IMG/VR virus record: IMGVR_UViG_3300032265_002746
DNA: 64,000 bases
Reading direction: 5' to 3' (one strand)
DNA from: a virus
Lineage: Duplodnaviria > Heunggongvirae > Uroviricota > Caudoviricetes
Both the position numbers and the translations under genes were made by a program. The notes under the pieces are model-generated. The model was not told where the DNA came from and ran no database searches. It saw only the letters and a list, made by a program, of their open reading frames with translations. The first letter of the stretch is position 1, and each line of letters opens with the position of its first letter. Shown in pieces: positions 1 to 9,890 of this stretch.

Positions 1-24
1 ATTGTGGTATGTCGATTGCTGTAC

Positions 25-729
25 TCACTTCTTTTTGGTGTTGTTAATATGTTCTTTATATTTTTTGTATATCCTTTGTACTAATTGGGATCTCATTTGG
101 AACTCTTCACCTAACTCAATTATACCTATTTCATCTTCATTACTCACAATCTCAATGAATTCTGCTATACCTGTGTGCTTTATATCTGATTGTAAAGGAT
201 CTGCCATTACAATTAATTTAGAGCTTTCGTGAGTTCTAGTAGCAAACGTCATCAATTCATGTAAGGTACACCCTTGTGCCTCATCTAAGATAATAATTGA
301 TGATTCGTAGGTTCTTCCTCTAGAAAATTGAATAGCTTCAAATACTATTTGCTTTTCTTTGAATAGCTTTTCTCTCTCTTGTACCCCCACTAACTTGTCT
401 ATTATGTCTGTGTAGGATATTAAATAGCTTTCAACTTTCTCTTCTATACTTCCAGGTAAAAATCCTATTGAAACTCCTACTTCTACTATTGGTTTTGTTA
501 TTATAATCTTCTCGTATTCTCTTTTTCTTAATTTAGTTAAGGCAAAATATAATGCGAGAGTGGTTTTACTACAACCTGGATCCGCTATTAAAACTGACAT
601 TTGTTTACTTTGTATGAACTCTATTACTGGTTTTTGAAAATCTCTTAATTGAAAATCTTTAAACTTCACTTCGCCTTTCGGAACCCTTTTTTGTTTGTAC
701 ACTTCGTCAGTATGCGGGGCTGATGCCAT
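25..729 (-). CDS. phoH: PhoH-like ATPase
   Basis: Translation carries a P-loop ADPGCSKTTLAL plus PhoH-family blocks ITKPIVEVG..GFLPGSIEEKV and IILDEAQ / FSRGRT. ATG at 727-729, stop inside the window. Confidence 0.8.
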   Translation of the reverse strand: MASAPHTDEVYKQKRVPKGEVKFKDFQLRDFQKPVIEFIQSKQMSVLIADPGCSKTTLALYFALTKLRKREYEKIIITKPIVEVGVSIGFLPGSIEEKVESYLISYTDIIDKLVGVQEREKLFKEKQIVFEAIQFSRGRTYESSIIILDEAQGCTLHELMTFATRTHESSKLIVMADPLQSDIKHTGIAEFIEIVSNEDEIGIIELGEEFQMRSQLVQRIYKKYKEHINNTKKK

Positions 730-768
730 TCGAATAGTTTTGGTTCACTAATAAATATCAGACGAGAT

Positions 769-2043
769 TTAAGTTCTCTTTATGAATGTGCCTTTCTCAT
801 CTCTAGCTTGGTCTGTACGACTAGTAAGCTTACCTACACGCTCTTGGTACTTCTGTCTACCTAGCTCCTCTCCATTACGTTCTATGAACCATTCTAGGGT
901 ATAGCGACCCTTGGCTTTTTCCTTCATCAATTGTTTAGATTCAGGGGACATAGGGATTCCTTTGTTATTAGCAACCCTACCCTTCATACTATCTGATAAC
1001 TTTTTTATATACGCAGCATAAGCTTCCGGTTCATCATCCTGATCAATCGGAGAGCCTCCACCTTGTGTCTTTAATGTTCTATTATATCCATTCTTGAAGC
1101 TATCAAAAAAGTTTATCCACCTAAGCTCTTTTTTGATAGCTTCAGATTTATCATCAGCTAAATCTATAACCTCAGCTTTCATGTTATCCCAACCGTATTT
1201 CTGTACAGCATGGTATAATCCTACAGTAGCCGACCTTTCAGATACTTTTTTATGCTGTGACATCCTGTGATAAAAATTTACAGTTCTTCCAATATAACAT
1301 TTACCAGACGGAGATGTTATCTTATAGATAAAATGCCTACCTTCCTTAAGCAAGGAGTCATAGTCATAGGTGAAATAATCAACACCTTCTTTAAATACTT
1401 TCAACTCTTTCTTTTTAGAAAATTGGCCTTTTTCTTTTTTAGCTACAGGAGTCTTAGTTTTAGGTTTCTTGTAATTAACTAAGCCGTTTTCTGAGTAATA
1501 CACCTCTCTAGATATTTCTTTTGTCTTTTTTGAAAGAATCTCTTCCATACCTGTAGCTTCTCTGAATTCATCCATAGTCATACCATGCTTCTGTATGTGT
1601 GTATTTCTGATAGCTTTAAAATACTTCATGCAAATAGGGCATTGAATTCTGTTGTCAGGGGATTCTGCGAGCTCTTTTTGCCTATTTAAGATTAACAACT
1701 GGGTATTAAATAAATGCTTTTCACTAGGGTATTGCTCTAAATAGTCTTTTATCTCTGTCTTATGATGATTTGTAATGTGCCCTGTAAGCATCCCACTTTT
1801 ATTAGTTGCATCTTTGAATACTTTGTTGCATATTTTACAATAGCATCTTGGGACATCTTTGTAAGGATTGTCTATTATATCATAGTAATCTAGACAATTT
1901 TCAAACTTTATACCTAACTTAGTTAAGTATTGCTTTAACCCCATGTTTACACTCCCTTCTGTGTACTTAAGTTCATTTCCGTCAATTTTACATACGGCTA
2001 GTTTTTCCCAATTCTCTACTCCCGGCTTATCTTTTGTTTTCAT
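769..2043 (-). CDS. GIY-YIG homing endonuclease (Seg/I-Tev-like) with N-terminal C2H2-like zinc fingers
   Basis: Central motif FIYKITSPSGKCYIGRT..R..H matches GIY-YIG. N-terminal CxxC..HxxxH repeats (CKICNKVF..HITNHH; CPICMKYF..HIQKH). C-terminal NUMOD-like GRVANNKG. Confidence 0.75.
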   Translation of the reverse strand: MKTKDKPGVENWEKLAVCKIDGNELKYTEGSVNMGLKQYLTKLGIKFENCLDYYDIIDNPYKDVPRCYCKICNKVFKDATNKSGMLTGHITNHHKTEIKDYLEQYPSEKHLFNTQLLILNRQKELAESPDNRIQCPICMKYFKAIRNTHIQKHGMTMDEFREATGMEEILSKKTKEISREVYYSENGLVNYKKPKTKTPVAKKEKGQFSKKKELKVFKEGVDYFTYDYDSLLKEGRHFIYKITSPSGKCYIGRTVNFYHRMSQHKKVSERSATVGLYHAVQKYGWDNMKAEVIDLADDKSEAIKKELRWINFFDSFKNGYNRTLKTQGGGSPIDQDDEPEAYAAYIKKLSDSMKGRVANNKGIPMSPESKQLMKEKAKGRYTLEWFIERNGEELGRQKYQERVGKLTSRTDQARDEKGTFIKRT

Positions 2044-2057
2044 CTTTGATGTTTTAC

Positions 2058-2072
2058 ATTAATAAATATAAG
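2058..2072 (+). promoter_or_regulatory. Conserved TAATAAATAT box upstream of minus-strand gene start 2043
   Basis: One copy of the recurring motif described in the findings. Confidence 0.3.
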
Positions 2073-2200
2073 CAAAGGTAATGTATCTAGTTCACATGAA
2101 AAAATTTATTTTGAATTATGTGGGATAATGGCTGTAATTTAATCTATTTTGGAAGTATTCATATTTTGAATTCTTTGGATAGAAATGTTTTTTAATCTTT

Positions 2201-2235
2201 CTAAAATGAAAGAGCCACTCTGTTAGAAGTGGCTC
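2201..2235 (-). terminator. Intrinsic terminator downstream of the capsid gene
   Basis: 8-bp stem GAGCCACT/AGTGGCTC at 2212-2235; on the minus strand it is followed by TTTCATTTTAG. Confidence 0.5.
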
Positions 2236-2265
2236 ATTTTCAATGGTTTATGTGGTTAATTAATA

Positions 2266-3948
2266 CTAGAACGTGTTGAAATCTGCAACTAAAATTTTTC
2301 CAAAAAATTCCTGCCTCAGAATTAGCTTTGCATAACGGGTCATTAATCCCTTACTAAGCGCAAATGTCTTAGGATCGTACACAAGTGGAGTAGAAATCAA
2401 TGGAATGTATGGAGCAAATACCCCACCGCTATCCAAGTAATTAGCTCCCTTGAAGCCCATGATGATAGCATTCTCTTGCATATAGGCGTTTACAAGTATT
2501 TTGAATTTACCATTCAATTTACCAGCTTCTTTACTACCGAATGCATATTCCATTTTAGAACCGTCAGTTCCAGCAGCGTAACCAGCGATTGACTCGATGA
2601 TTGCAGCAACTTTTGGAGATACCATTGCAACGTTAGCTTCACCTCTTTGAGTTTTAGCGTGGATTGCACGTGATACTTTTTGCATTTTAGTACCCAAAGT
2701 TTGGAACCAGTCTTGTTGGCTATTGTAATAACCACCTGCAGCAGCACCTACTTGAGAGAATGTGTTAGTACTAGAGTTGAATATTGTGTTGTTAACTGCT
2801 GACCAAACCTCTACAGTTTGAACTGCTGCTAAATCAATCATATCAATCAATTCTAAGTCAATTTCACGAGAAATGTACTCACTCAACAAACTTGTAGCTT
2901 CAGCTTCGATATCAATGCTTTGGAAAGCGTTGTAATCTTGTTGAGCTTCTTGAGTGTATGAGTATTTCAACTTACGAGTCTTGGCAGTGATACTTACACT
3001 TGTAGGTGCGATATCAATTTCAGGAATTGAATTACTACCTGTCAATGGAGTGTTAGGAGTGTCTTCGAAGTCACCACGGAAGTTACCGTTAGTTTGTACT
3101 GAGTAGTAAGAAACTACACTACCTGTAGGAGTAGTTGTACCAGATTGAACTGAGATACTACCTGTTACTAGGATACTTAATTGGTCAAAAGTACTATTGT
3201 AAGAAGTAAACTCAGGGTAGATTGTAGCTTCAGAAACTTGACCTAAAGAACCTGAGAATACGAATGATCTTACTGCAGTTGCATCAAAGTTAGTAAGGAT
3301 AGCAGATGCACTAGCAATAGTTATTTTACGTAGACCGTTAGCAGCTACTGATGCAGATACGTTAGCATTGTAGTTAGTGTCTGCGTAAGAAGCTGTTGTT
3401 ACTGTCATTGATTGTGAAGGGATAGTTGCGATGTACTCATTGATTGAGAAACCGAACTTACCAGCACCATACAAACCACCAAATGGATCAACACCTGGAG
3501 TGTTAGTAGTACCGTATACGCTTTGACCTAAGTTAAAACGGCTACCGGCTGTACCACCATTGATGTTAGGTTGTTGGTTGTTGTATTGGAAGTCTAGGTA
3601 GAATACAAGACCGTAAGGCATGCTCATTGGTTGTGTACTCAAGAATTCTTTTGCAGAAATCTCAGCAAATACTTTACGAACCATTGGCAAAACGATACCT
3701 GCCCATTGTTCACCAGCTCCTGGAGTGAAGTTAGCTCCACCTTTGTTGGTTGTTTGTTCTTCTACAAGGATTTGCTTGTTTTGGTTCTCAAGCAAAAGAG
3801 CCATGTTTCTTTTTTCATATGGGTGTTGCTTCATAGCTGTACCGTCTAATAGACCGGTAGGTGCCCATTTTTGTTCTAATCTTGAAAGGACTTGCATTTT
3901 GTCCTCCATGTTTCTAGATGATTCTAGTAATTTTGAGATTGTACTCAT
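2266..3948 (-). CDS. Major capsid protein (T4 gp23-like)
   Basis: C-terminal block ILVNAYMQENAIIMGFKGANYLDSGGVFAPYIPLISTPLVYDPKTFALSKGLMTRYA parallels T4 gp23 YIDQYA..YFTVGYKG..DAGIYYAPYVAL..DPKNF..MGFKTRYG. 560 aa. Followed by a terminator. Confidence 0.85.
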   Translation of the reverse strand: MSTISKLLESSRNMEDKMQVLSRLEQKWAPTGLLDGTAMKQHPYEKRNMALLLENQNKQILVEEQTTNKGGANFTPGAGEQWAGIVLPMVRKVFAEISAKEFLSTQPMSMPYGLVFYLDFQYNNQQPNINGGTAGSRFNLGQSVYGTTNTPGVDPFGGLYGAGKFGFSINEYIATIPSQSMTVTTASYADTNYNANVSASVAANGLRKITIASASAILTNFDATAVRSFVFSGSLGQVSEATIYPEFTSYNSTFDQLSILVTGSISVQSGTTTPTGSVVSYYSVQTNGNFRGDFEDTPNTPLTGSNSIPEIDIAPTSVSITAKTRKLKYSYTQEAQQDYNAFQSIDIEAEATSLLSEYISREIDLELIDMIDLAAVQTVEVWSAVNNTIFNSSTNTFSQVGAAAGGYYNSQQDWFQTLGTKMQKVSRAIHAKTQRGEANVAMVSPKVAAIIESIAGYAAGTDGSKMEYAFGSKEAGKLNGKFKILVNAYMQENAIIMGFKGANYLDSGGVFAPYIPLISTPLVYDPKTFALSKGLMTRYAKLILRQEFFGKILVADFNTF

Positions 3949-3978
3949 GTTTTTCTGTTTTTGTTTTTGGGTTTTTAA

Positions 3979-5238
3979 TTAGTCTTTAATACCTGCTCTC
4001 TTACGGAATACGTCAGCTTCAGGTAAGTAGTTGATTGTTGTTGTTTTTGCATTTTCAAATAAGATATCAGAAGTTTTTTGTCTGAAACCTAAAGATTCTG
4101 CGATAGTTTGTTTTCTCTTTACAGGAGTAATTGAAGATTTCAATACTTCGTAAGTTGCTTTTGCACCTTCTACTGATTTTACTTTGTCAAATGCAGTGAT
4201 TGCCTTTGCCTTATGTGCTTCAGTTAAGTTAGGAAGAACCAATACTTTGTTCAAGTACATGTTCTTAGCTGCAAACAATTTCATTTCGTTTAATTCGCTC
4301 TTCAATTGTTTAGCAAGTCTAACTTCTTCTAGGTGTTCTGTACTAACATTTTTGCTACCTGCAGCTTTAACATCACTTTCTTTACCAGAATTAATGTCTT
4401 TACCTTTCTCAGCACCTTTACCAGCTTGATAGGCTTTAGCCATATCGTCTACTAGTTGGTGTAATACTTTAATGTGGTCTTTAGAAAATGCTTTAGTAGG
4501 AGCTTTTGAATGAGCCATTTTACCTTTCTCTGCACCTTTAGCGATTTCTGGACCAGGGTTACCAAATCCTTTTTTCTCTTTTAGTTCATCAGGTTCGTAG
4601 CCTTCTTCTTCGTAGTCTTCATCCATTTCGCCTTCAGAATCCATTTCAGCCAAGATAGCATCGATGTCGTACTCTTCATCTAAATCGTTTTCTTTAATGT
4701 TTTCTTCGTCTTCTTCTTGACCTTCTTCGCTTTCACCTTCTTCTTCAGCATCTTTTTTAGCTTGACCCTTAGCGTCTTCTTCTTTATCTTCTTCAGAATC
4801 CTCGTAGTCTTCACCTTCAGATAATCTTTCGATTTCAGCTAGAGCTTCGTCAAGGTCAAACGCTTCTTCCATTGCAGACTCTTCTTCTTCTGTTTCTTCC
4901 ATATCTTCTTCACCTTGTGATTCTTCACTCAATGCACCTTTGATAGCAGCGATAGTGGTTTCATCAAGACCAAGTTTTTTAAGTCTTTCCATCATGTTAC
5001 CTTTAAGGGCTGTGTCAGTGTTCATTGGATTTTTTTGATTAGAAGTTTCACCAGCACCTGCGTAGTAGTTTTCATCTTCTTCTTCTGTTTCACCTAAGTC
5101 TTCGTTAAGTTGTTTTGAAAGAAGTTTCTCGATTTCAGGAGTGATTTTTTCGTGAAGAGATTGTTTGGCTTCTTCGATTGCCATTGCTTTCAGTTGCTTT
5201 GCGTCTGCAAGAGCTTCCTCTAATACAGTTTTTTTCAT
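3979..5238 (-). CDS. Prohead scaffold/core protein (gp22-like), highly acidic
   Basis: Long D/E-rich alpha-helical protein located between the prohead protease and capsid genes, as gp22 is in T4. Confidence 0.55.
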   Translation of the reverse strand: MKKTVLEEALADAKQLKAMAIEEAKQSLHEKITPEIEKLLSKQLNEDLGETEEEDENYYAGAGETSNQKNPMNTDTALKGNMMERLKKLGLDETTIAAIKGALSEESQGEEDMEETEEEESAMEEAFDLDEALAEIERLSEGEDYEDSEEDKEEDAKGQAKKDAEEEGESEEGQEEDEENIKENDLDEEYDIDAILAEMDSEGEMDEDYEEEGYEPDELKEKKGFGNPGPEIAKGAEKGKMAHSKAPTKAFSKDHIKVLHQLVDDMAKAYQAGKGAEKGKDINSGKESDVKAAGSKNVSTEHLEEVRLAKQLKSELNEMKLFAAKNMYLNKVLVLPNLTEAHKAKAITAFDKVKSVEGAKATYEVLKSSITPVKRKQTIAESLGFRQKTSDILFENAKTTTINYLPEADVFRKRAGIKD

Positions 5239-5375
5239 TTTTGTTTCTTGGGTTTGTTTTAGTTTCTGTACCTATTAGGGGAGGGGGTACAATAGAATTT
5301 TTACTTATTATCTTCGGTCATCTATAGAAAAATGACAATATGAAGTTATGTAAAGGGGTAATTGGTGTACCCCTA

Positions 5376-5390
5376 TAATAATAAATATAC
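5376..5390 (+). promoter_or_regulatory. TAATAATAAATATAC box
   Basis: Recurring motif; this copy lies in the intergenic region upstream (minus strand) of the scaffold gene. Confidence 0.25.
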
Positions 5391-5406
5391 AGCAATAAGA
5401 GGTGAA

Positions 5407-6021
5407 CTATTTTTTATCTAATCTACAAGGGCAAAAGTTGCTATTAGCACAGATAATCCCATGTATTATATCGTCAATCTTACTGTATTTATTTGCAAGT
5501 ATGGTTGCACCTTCATTCAATGAAAGTGTAGAACCTTGAGTGGATTCAAAAGAAACTGCATCAAAACACAGCATCTCTAAATCATCCTGAACCATTATGG
5601 CCTCATTTGTTTCCATTACGCTTCCCTGAGCCCTAGAACTAATCCCAAAAGGGATTTTCTTCATAGCTAGTTCTCTAAGTATTTTGCCAGAAGGTGTGTC
5701 TAGTATCTCTACGTCTCCGTATACTTCGTCACCTTCCCAGTGCATCTCGGTAATTACATGTGATACATTTTTAAGTTCAACCACCATTTGACTACAATGG
5801 TCTAGCTCGCCTAGTGCTCTTCTGGTTTTTACGAATTCTTCGTTGTATTTTGATAATACACGCTCAAGTACAGTTCTTGGATAGATTCTTCCGTTTCTAT
5901 TTTTTGCATTAGCCCTTTGAAGCAATATATGCCTAAATACAATTGGAGCATTAGGTAAGGATGCAGCTTCGTTTAACTGGTAATCGCTAAGGGTGACTGG
6001 GAAATATTCGGTAAGTATCAT
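5407..6021 (-). CDS. Prohead core protease (T4 gp21-like, peptidase U9)
   Basis: NRNGRIYPRTVLERV..ALGELDH aligns with T4 gp21 NRNKRLYPKRILEKAV..ALGELNHP. Position next to scaffold and capsid genes agrees. Confidence 0.8.
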   Translation of the reverse strand: MILTEYFPVTLSDYQLNEAASLPNAPIVFRHILLQRANAKNRNGRIYPRTVLERVLSKYNEEFVKTRRALGELDHCSQMVVELKNVSHVITEMHWEGDEVYGDVEILDTPSGKILRELAMKKIPFGISSRAQGSVMETNEAIMVQDDLEMLCFDAVSFESTQGSTLSLNEGATILANKYSKIDDIIHGIICANSNFCPCRLDKK

Positions 6022-9000
6022 TAGATTCTGTATTTTGCTTTTAAGTCTTCTAAAGCCTGTTGTAACTCCTCTTTATGTTTACAATTAGGTTGTGATAATT
6101 TATATTTAACAAAGGCAACTGCAATCTTATGCTCTTTTTTACCTGGATTAAAATAGGTATTTTGTAAGTATTCTGTGAATGGAGTTATTCCAGTCTTAGG
6201 CACGCACTTTTTATAAATATCATTTAATGTTTCAAGTATGTTCTGTTGGTTAGGGGTGAAAGAAGGTTTTTCTGATTCAAAAACCTCTTTGGTTTTACGT
6301 TTAACAGGCTCTACATTACCATCTCCATCTATATAAGTACGGTCATCGTCTGGAACTTGTACCGGATTAAAGATTTGAGCTCTTACATCATACGGAGCAC
6401 ATCCTAGTGCTTTTGCATATTTGTTGTAGAGGTCTATTCCAGGTTGTCCCATTTGTCTGATTAACTGATCAATCTTTACTAGTCTTTCTGAGTCTATTCT
6501 GTTTGTGTATACAGAAGTGTGGTCAGTGTAGTTTTGGTTATCAGCCGGGGTATTGTTTCTTAGTTCTCTTTCTAAATCGTCTTTATCCACTAGTCTTCCT
6601 TGTGGATATGGTACGAACATACCTAGAGAAGGAGTGTAGAGGTCTTCTAGGAGTCTTTGTTTCAATATCTCAACTACAAACTGCTCTTTTAGCCCTTTGG
6701 TTATTTTGATTTTCTTTAGCTTTTTTACTAAATTGTCTATACTACCTTCATTCTCTAAGTTAATTATCACCGGGAATGCTTTTACATTAGCTTTTGCTGT
6801 ATCCTTTAGCTTATTTATGGTACTAGCTAATAGACTATCTTTCTTCTTTATTTCTTTATTATAGGCTAGCTTTACTGCAGGGTCTACCTTTATTATAATT
6901 TTATTTCTGATTAAATTACCCTCTTCATTTTTTTCTTCAGGAATTATAATAGATTCAACTGGTTTAGCTAGTGCTTTCATGGTAGTAGCTACATACCTAG
7001 CTGGCTTGCCATAAGGAATTAGTTCTTCCTTCTCACCTCCGGTAAAGTCAAGTTCTCCTTGCTTAGCAGCTACTTTTTCTCCAGACTTTTTAACAGGCGT
7101 CTTACTACTCTTCTCCTTTTCTGTCTTAGCTTTAGCTCCTTTTCCTCCTTCTTCTCCTGCTGCTTGAGTGAGTTTTTTACCTGTTTTTGTATTTGTCTCT
7201 GGTTCATTTTTTGTATTTACTGGCTCTGTTGATTTTACTCTAGGTGTACCTTTTCTTGCTAATTCAAGCTTTTCTTTACTATTTAATTCGTCCCAACTCC
7301 TCTCTGTAACTCCTTTTCTTCCTAATTCTAGTTTTTGCATTAAGGTTAATTCAGAAAAATCTTTAGAGGTATCTTTAGGAGATAATTCAATTGGTTTAGA
7401 AGTATTTGAGCTATTGAATCTATTCAATAATTCTTTTGCTCTTTTATCTGCCAGTTTACTAATTTCCAAATCAGACATACCATCTGTTGCTTTTGGTGCC
7501 TGTGTTCTTACAAATTCAAGTTTATCTTTTAGAGGTAAGTCCTTGAACTCAGTTGGGTTGTTTATGATGAAAGGTACGTCTGCTGGTGATTTTTCTTTTT
7601 CTTTAGGCTTTTCTTCAGGAGTTGTTATGTTGGGATTAAGCTCTATTGTATTACTACTTTTTGTTAATTCTCGGGTTCCCTCTGGTTCTTCTTCTTTTTC
7701 TTCTTCCCCTTTAGTGCCTGTTAGATTAAGCACTATTTCATCACTACTTTTTGTTGGTTCTGTACTGCCACCTTCTTCATTATCCTCTTGATCTCTTTCT
7801 GGTTCATTACTAACACTATCTTCTTCTGTTTCTGGTGCAGGCTTCATTAAATTATAAAAGTCATTTAAAGTTGCATATCTAGAATCGTTATTTTTTGCAA
7901 ATTTAAAAGTTCCTTTAGCTGCAAAATAAAGTACCCCCAATGATGATAATAAAGCCGCTACTGCCGCTGCATTTTGACCTGCGCTATGATGCACAACATG
8001 TTTTACTGCATGCGCTGCTTGTTTAATAGTATCACCATGTTGTGTTACATGTGTTGCTGCATTACCTGCTAATTTTGCTACTGCGTTTGCTATCTTTTCT
8101 GTGGTAGCTGGTGGTAGTTTAACTGAGAATAAACCTTTGTTTCCAAAAGTCCCAGTAGATTTAGCAAATACATCTCCCATCTTACCTCCATGAGAAATTA
8201 AGTCGGTAAGTTTATCGGCTTGTTGATCTACAGATCCTGCACCGTTATTGGTGAATAGTTTTTTGGTTACTTCAAGACCTTTCTCGTAATTACCACCACC
8301 TACTTTTTCTATGGCAGATTTAAGGTTATTAACGCTTTGATTTTGGTTTAAGCTTATACCTGTCATCTTTTGCAAGATTTGGGTAAAGCCATCAGCTGCG
8401 GTTACAGCTACATTTTCATTCAGAGATTCATTAAAGGCTTTATAAGTACTCGCTAATTCGGAGTCTTTTAGAGTTTTTACGTACAGCTTAATACCATCTA
8501 TTAGCTTATTAGCTAAAATAGGGTCCATATAGCCTTGTTCACTTGAGTCTAAAGTAGCAGCATGCTTTATAGAATAGTACGTATCATATATAAATTCACA
8601 ACCTTGGTTAAACTTTTCAATTGATTCCCCGTTAGGAAATTCTGGATCTATTTTATTTAAAGCTGACTCTAACTTATCTAATTCATCATTAACAGCTTGG
8701 TCAGATATACTATTCAGCTTATCTTCTAAAGCTTTTCTTTCTTTTGATTTAGGCTTGTATTTATGTAGCGATGCAGAAAGTGATTTTAATTTACTCCAGG
8801 CACCTTCATTAAGTTGATTATCGGATAAATTTTTTTTTTTGAAGTCCTCTAGTAATTTGGTCTTTAACTTTTCTATTTTAACCCTATCGGAGTCTTCTTT
8901 AGTATCCTCAGGTTTAGCTGGCTTTACGGGCTTTACCTGGTGATTCTTATCCTTGTAGTTTTCACCCTTGGATATATCAATCATCTTTTTAGATTCCACT

Positions 9001-9440
9001 TCTTTATCTGTAGGGGCATGTTTACCCATTTCAATCTTAGTGTAGTAGATTGCATCCTTCTTCAAGTTAGCTATAGCTTTCTTTTGTGCAGCAAGAATAA
9101 CCTTATCATCGCTAAGGTCTTTTCCTTTTGCCTCATATCTCCATCCTTTTTCGTATTCAAAAGGATTGACTTGTTGAACCTGATGAGCAAAATCATCTGG
9201 TTTGTCTAAATCACTAATGGACTCTTTTAGAATTGACATGAAGTTGAATTCTTTTTCTTCACTTTTATTTACAGTTTCTGTAATGAACCCTCTGTTTTTG
9301 AATATACTTATCACTTCCTCATAAGAATTGAGGTGTGAAAACGTTTTGTTTACGCGTGTATCTTCTTTTGCTTCTTTCAAGAAATCTGCTTTTGAGAACT
9401 CTCCGGCTACTACTTGTCTGTATCTTGTATTGATATCCAT
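6021..9440 (-). CDS. Large K/E-rich virion protein, possible prohead-core or ejection protein
   Basis: 1139-aa ORF with low-complexity charged tracts, one hydrophobic segment (VAALLSSLGVLYFAA), and a location between portal and protease. ATGA overlap with the protease start. Confidence 0.6.
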   Translation of the reverse strand: MDINTRYRQVVAGEFSKADFLKEAKEDTRVNKTFSHLNSYEEVISIFKNRGFITETVNKSEEKEFNFMSILKESISDLDKPDDFAHQVQQVNPFEYEKGWRYEAKGKDLSDDKVILAAQKKAIANLKKDAIYYTKIEMGKHAPTDKEVESKKMIDISKGENYKDKNHQVKPVKPAKPEDTKEDSDRVKIEKLKTKLLEDFKKKNLSDNQLNEGAWSKLKSLSASLHKYKPKSKERKALEDKLNSISDQAVNDELDKLESALNKIDPEFPNGESIEKFNQGCEFIYDTYYSIKHAATLDSSEQGYMDPILANKLIDGIKLYVKTLKDSELASTYKAFNESLNENVAVTAADGFTQILQKMTGISLNQNQSVNNLKSAIEKVGGGNYEKGLEVTKKLFTNNGAGSVDQQADKLTDLISHGGKMGDVFAKSTGTFGNKGLFSVKLPPATTEKIANAVAKLAGNAATHVTQHGDTIKQAAHAVKHVVHHSAGQNAAAVAALLSSLGVLYFAAKGTFKFAKNNDSRYATLNDFYNLMKPAPETEEDSVSNEPERDQEDNEEGGSTEPTKSSDEIVLNLTGTKGEEEKEEEPEGTRELTKSSNTIELNPNITTPEEKPKEKEKSPADVPFIINNPTEFKDLPLKDKLEFVRTQAPKATDGMSDLEISKLADKRAKELLNRFNSSNTSKPIELSPKDTSKDFSELTLMQKLELGRKGVTERSWDELNSKEKLELARKGTPRVKSTEPVNTKNEPETNTKTGKKLTQAAGEEGGKGAKAKTEKEKSSKTPVKKSGEKVAAKQGELDFTGGEKEELIPYGKPARYVATTMKALAKPVESIIIPEEKNEEGNLIRNKIIIKVDPAVKLAYNKEIKKKDSLLASTINKLKDTAKANVKAFPVIINLENEGSIDNLVKKLKKIKITKGLKEQFVVEILKQRLLEDLYTPSLGMFVPYPQGRLVDKDDLERELRNNTPADNQNYTDHTSVYTNRIDSERLVKIDQLIRQMGQPGIDLYNKYAKALGCAPYDVRAQIFNPVQVPDDDRTYIDGDGNVEPVKRKTKEVFESEKPSFTPNQQNILETLNDIYKKCVPKTGITPFTEYLQNTYFNPGKKEHKIAVAFVKYKLSQPNCKHKEELQQALEDLKAKYRI

Positions 9441-9450
9441 TTAATTATTT

Positions 9451-9888
9451 TTAATATGTTGCGCTATAATATTCTAAGGCTACTGGGATTGAGCCTGTAT
9501 ATACATATGCTGATATTGAGGCTATTTTTTCTGTACCGCCCTTCATCCAAGTGTTATTGGATATGTGAGAACTCTGAGGTTGTAGTTGTACTTCGTATGA
9601 ACTTGAAACAGAGCCTGAAATGACTAGATTTAAAGTACCTTGTGTATCTATGTTAGTTAAACGGAGATAAGCCAAGGAAGAGGCTTGTATGTTGCCTGCT
9701 AGAGCCCCTGCCAGTGAACTTGTGAATGCTACTATTTGTACAGGACTGCCAGTAGGTATGTTAAATATTCTATTGTCTACAGAGCCAATACTAATATTAG
9801 TATCTGTTACAGATGAATTTCTGTAATTATTGTTAAGAAAGATATCTTCTGATATATTTACTGTTAGGGTAGCTGGTACACTTGACAT
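9451..9888 (-). CDS. Hypothetical protein
   Basis: 145-aa ORF tightly packed (2-nt gap) with the next gene, between portal and the large virion protein. Confidence 0.5.
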   Translation of the reverse strand: MSSVPATLTVNISEDIFLNNNYRNSSVTDTNISIGSVDNRIFNIPTGSPVQIVAFTSSLAGALAGNIQASSLAYLRLTNIDTQGTLNLVISGSVSSSYEVQLQPQSSHISNNTWMKGGTEKIASISAYVYTGSIPVALEYYSATY

Positions 9889-9890
9889 AA

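Noticed and set aside
748-760. Calling the TATAAATA-containing boxes bona fide T4-type late promoters for the downstream minus-strand genes.
   Set aside because: The T4 late box must read TATAAATA on the coding strand. Here the coding (minus) strand reads TATTTATA, and two copies abut the ATG. Kept as a conserved regulatory box of unknown mechanism.
7168-7791. 207-aa plus-strand ORF inside the 1139-aa minus-strand gene. Similar antisense ORFs: 23509-24096, 43240-43569, 3620-3982, 14625-14882, 15287-15775, 15813-16235.
   Set aside because: Each lies entirely within a longer, better-supported ORF on the opposite strand, has low-complexity S/L/F-rich composition, and has no start context. Treated as antisense artefacts.
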